This document shows positions 61,860-64,000 of a stretch of DNA of 64,000 bases, one piece after another (position 1 is the first letter of the stretch; each line of letters begins with the position of its first letter). Source of the stretch: Chiloscyllium plagiosum (lineage: Eukaryota). Both the position numbers and the translations under genes were made by a program. A model generated the notes under the pieces. It had not been told where the DNA came from. It made no database searches and was given only the letters and a program-made list of their open reading frames with translations. The DNA lies in the NCBI RefSeq assembly GCF_004010195.1, contig NC_057749.1, positions 10,813,646 to 10,877,645 on the forward strand, given 5' to 3'.

Positions 61860-64000
61860 GTGAGTGCAAATGCGCCAAAACTTCTTGCTACACAAATGAA
61901 TGGATGTAGACAAGACAGGGGCTGTGGTACTTGGATTTTGCTCTCCAACTGGCAAGAATATGGTCGTATTTTCTGTGCTGTTTGGAGAGATTTGCTTAAT
62001 TCTCCATCCAAAGGTCCGGGCTTGCTCATAGACCCCCTATAGTGTGGGAGAGGCAATTCAGCCCATCGAATCCACACTGACCCTCTGAAGAGACTACCCT
62101 ATCCCTGTAACCCTGCATTTCCCATGGCTAACCCCACCTAGCCGACACATCTCTGGACATTAGGGGCAATTTAGCACGGCCAGTCCATCCTAACCTGCAC
62201 ATCTTTTGGCCATGGGAGGAAACCGGAGCACCCTGATGAAATTCACACAGATACGGAGAGAACATGCAAACTCCACACAGACAGCCCGAGGCTGGAGTCA
62301 AACCTGGGTCCCTGGTGCTGTGGGGCAGCAGTGCTAACCACTGAGCCACTGTGCTGCTGTGGTACTTGGCTTGTAAATGTTCCTCATTGGAATATTGGAT
62401 ACAAACTCTCTATCAACATTTTGACAGGTTTGCCTGACATATCTTCATGAGTAAGCCATTTCACCATTTCAGGTCAGCTCCACATCATGTCTGATCTGAT
62501 GTTTCAGTTTTAAGAGGCTATTTCATATTCAAATCTACATTATTTGCCAATAGAGAGAGAGAGCGCGAGACAACCAGTAGACAACATCAGCCTGGACTGG
62601 AGTCATTTCTGTTTCCCATAAGTTATTTCCTGCCGGTGTAACTCCCAGTTGATGGGTCCGGATTGGTAAATTTCCCCTTTTGTGTTGTGTTTATGTCACC
62701 AATAGAAACCACTTCCACCATCAAGTAGTTCAAAGTTAATCCATAATTAATCTCCATTTACCCATCTCCGTTCCATAACCTCCATCAATCTTGCCAAATA
62801 AATCTCTCAAACCCCACTTCAGTCAACTATTCTCATCATCAACAACTCTATGGGGGATGTGTGTTCCCGGTTTTCTCTAAGCTTTGTGAGGCAAAGTACT
62901 CCCAGCGTCATTTCTGAAAGACCTGACTCTAAATTTCAGGTTCAAATTAATCAAAAAAACCTAATTTAATCAAGTGAAACAGCTGAAGGTGTTCACCCCT
63001 TAATGTCTCCACAACCATTCCTCAGACTCCAGTCCAATGCTGACAGTGTGTTACAATTCACAGTAAGTTCGAGTTGTGCACTTTAATCGGAATGTTGCGT
63101 TCTGGAGCAAAGGACAGCTGTGATGATGGAGGCTGTGAGTCTCTGTCCATCACACAGGACTGAGCAGGACTCTCTCCCATCGCTGTTTGTTGGAGGGATT
63201 TGTAATTGATGCTCAACCCATTTACCCTCCTCATCACTGCATCTGGATGTGTTTCTGGGTCAGAGGCAAGGACGCTGCCCATGTTGCTAGGCAGTGTCCT
63301 TGGTGTCTATTTTGAAGGGTTTAATTCTGAGTGGCCCTTCCAAAAGAGATTTGTGCATCAAGCCCAATTTAAGAGGAAGAGCCTCCCACTCAGTTCCTGT
63401 GGTTCCTTCTGATGATCAGCCTTCCCAAACAATCAACAAAAGGAACAAAATGTAGAAAATTCTAAACTTGAGTCCATTCGATTGAATTTACCCAAACATA
63501 ATAAACATTGGGGCCAGTTTCAACACCAGGTTCGATTCCTGCTTGTGTGACTGTATGGAGTTTGCACATTCTCTCCCAGTGTCTGCGTAGGTTTCCTCTG
63601 GGTGCTCTGGTTTCCTCCCACAGTCCAAAGATGTGCAGGTTCAGTGGATTGGCCATGCTAAATTGGCCCATAGTGTGCAGGCTAGGTGGATTCGTCATGA
63701 CTTAAAAATAAAAACTCATGCAGGGTTACAAGGTTGGGATGGAATGCTCTTCAGTGCACACTTTTGATGGGCTGAATGGCCTCTTTCTGCTCTTTAAGGG
63801 ATTCTACAACCAAAATGAGATCTCTGTTCAACCTGATTTGCAATTCTGAAAGATTGGTCGAGGCTAACTTTAATAAATTTGAAATTTGTTGGTGTATGAA
63901 TTTGGCCTTTCCTCACTCTGTAAGGCTACAGTATGACACTTGATTTGGGATCATTGCATCGCGTGAGGGGGAGGTGATGGCCTTGTGATATTATCGCGAG

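Noticed and set aside
63300..63412. Next STRA6 exon (WPF motif in ORF 63206-63412)
   Set aside because: No suitable acceptor or phase, and no similarity beyond three residues to WPFWLTLALAV. The exon likely lies beyond the window.

Overview
Vertebrate genomic DNA, almost certainly from an elasmobranch (shark), judged by abundant HE1-type SINEs, HER1/CR1-type LINE fragments and Deu-domain SINEs. It holds two head-to-head genes, as at the human STRA6/CCDC33 locus. On the minus strand are the 5' coding exons of CCDC33 (~14.8 kb towards the window start). On the plus strand are 13 coding exons of the retinol-binding-protein receptor STRA6 (37764-61859), which splice in frame into 460 codons and continue past the window. 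The most unusual signals: (i) many Penelope-like-element (PLE)-derived insertions, often hairpin-shaped and flanked by target-site duplications (TSDs), that carry minimal type-I hammerhead ribozyme motifs of at least three sequence families; (ii) a composite template-switch insertion at ~23.1-23.5 kb containing an exact 87-bp inverted copy of the putative STRA6 first exon and splice donor, now facing CCDC33; (iii) a perfect DR5 retinoic-acid response element 42 bp into a STRA6 intron; (iv) a perfect PAR-bZIP D-box in the putative STRA6 promoter. There are three assembly gaps (17529-17791, 31125-31726, 33513-33581). Most ORFs in the supplied track are repeat-derived and spurious. All calls are by eye and from remembered sequences, with no database search.
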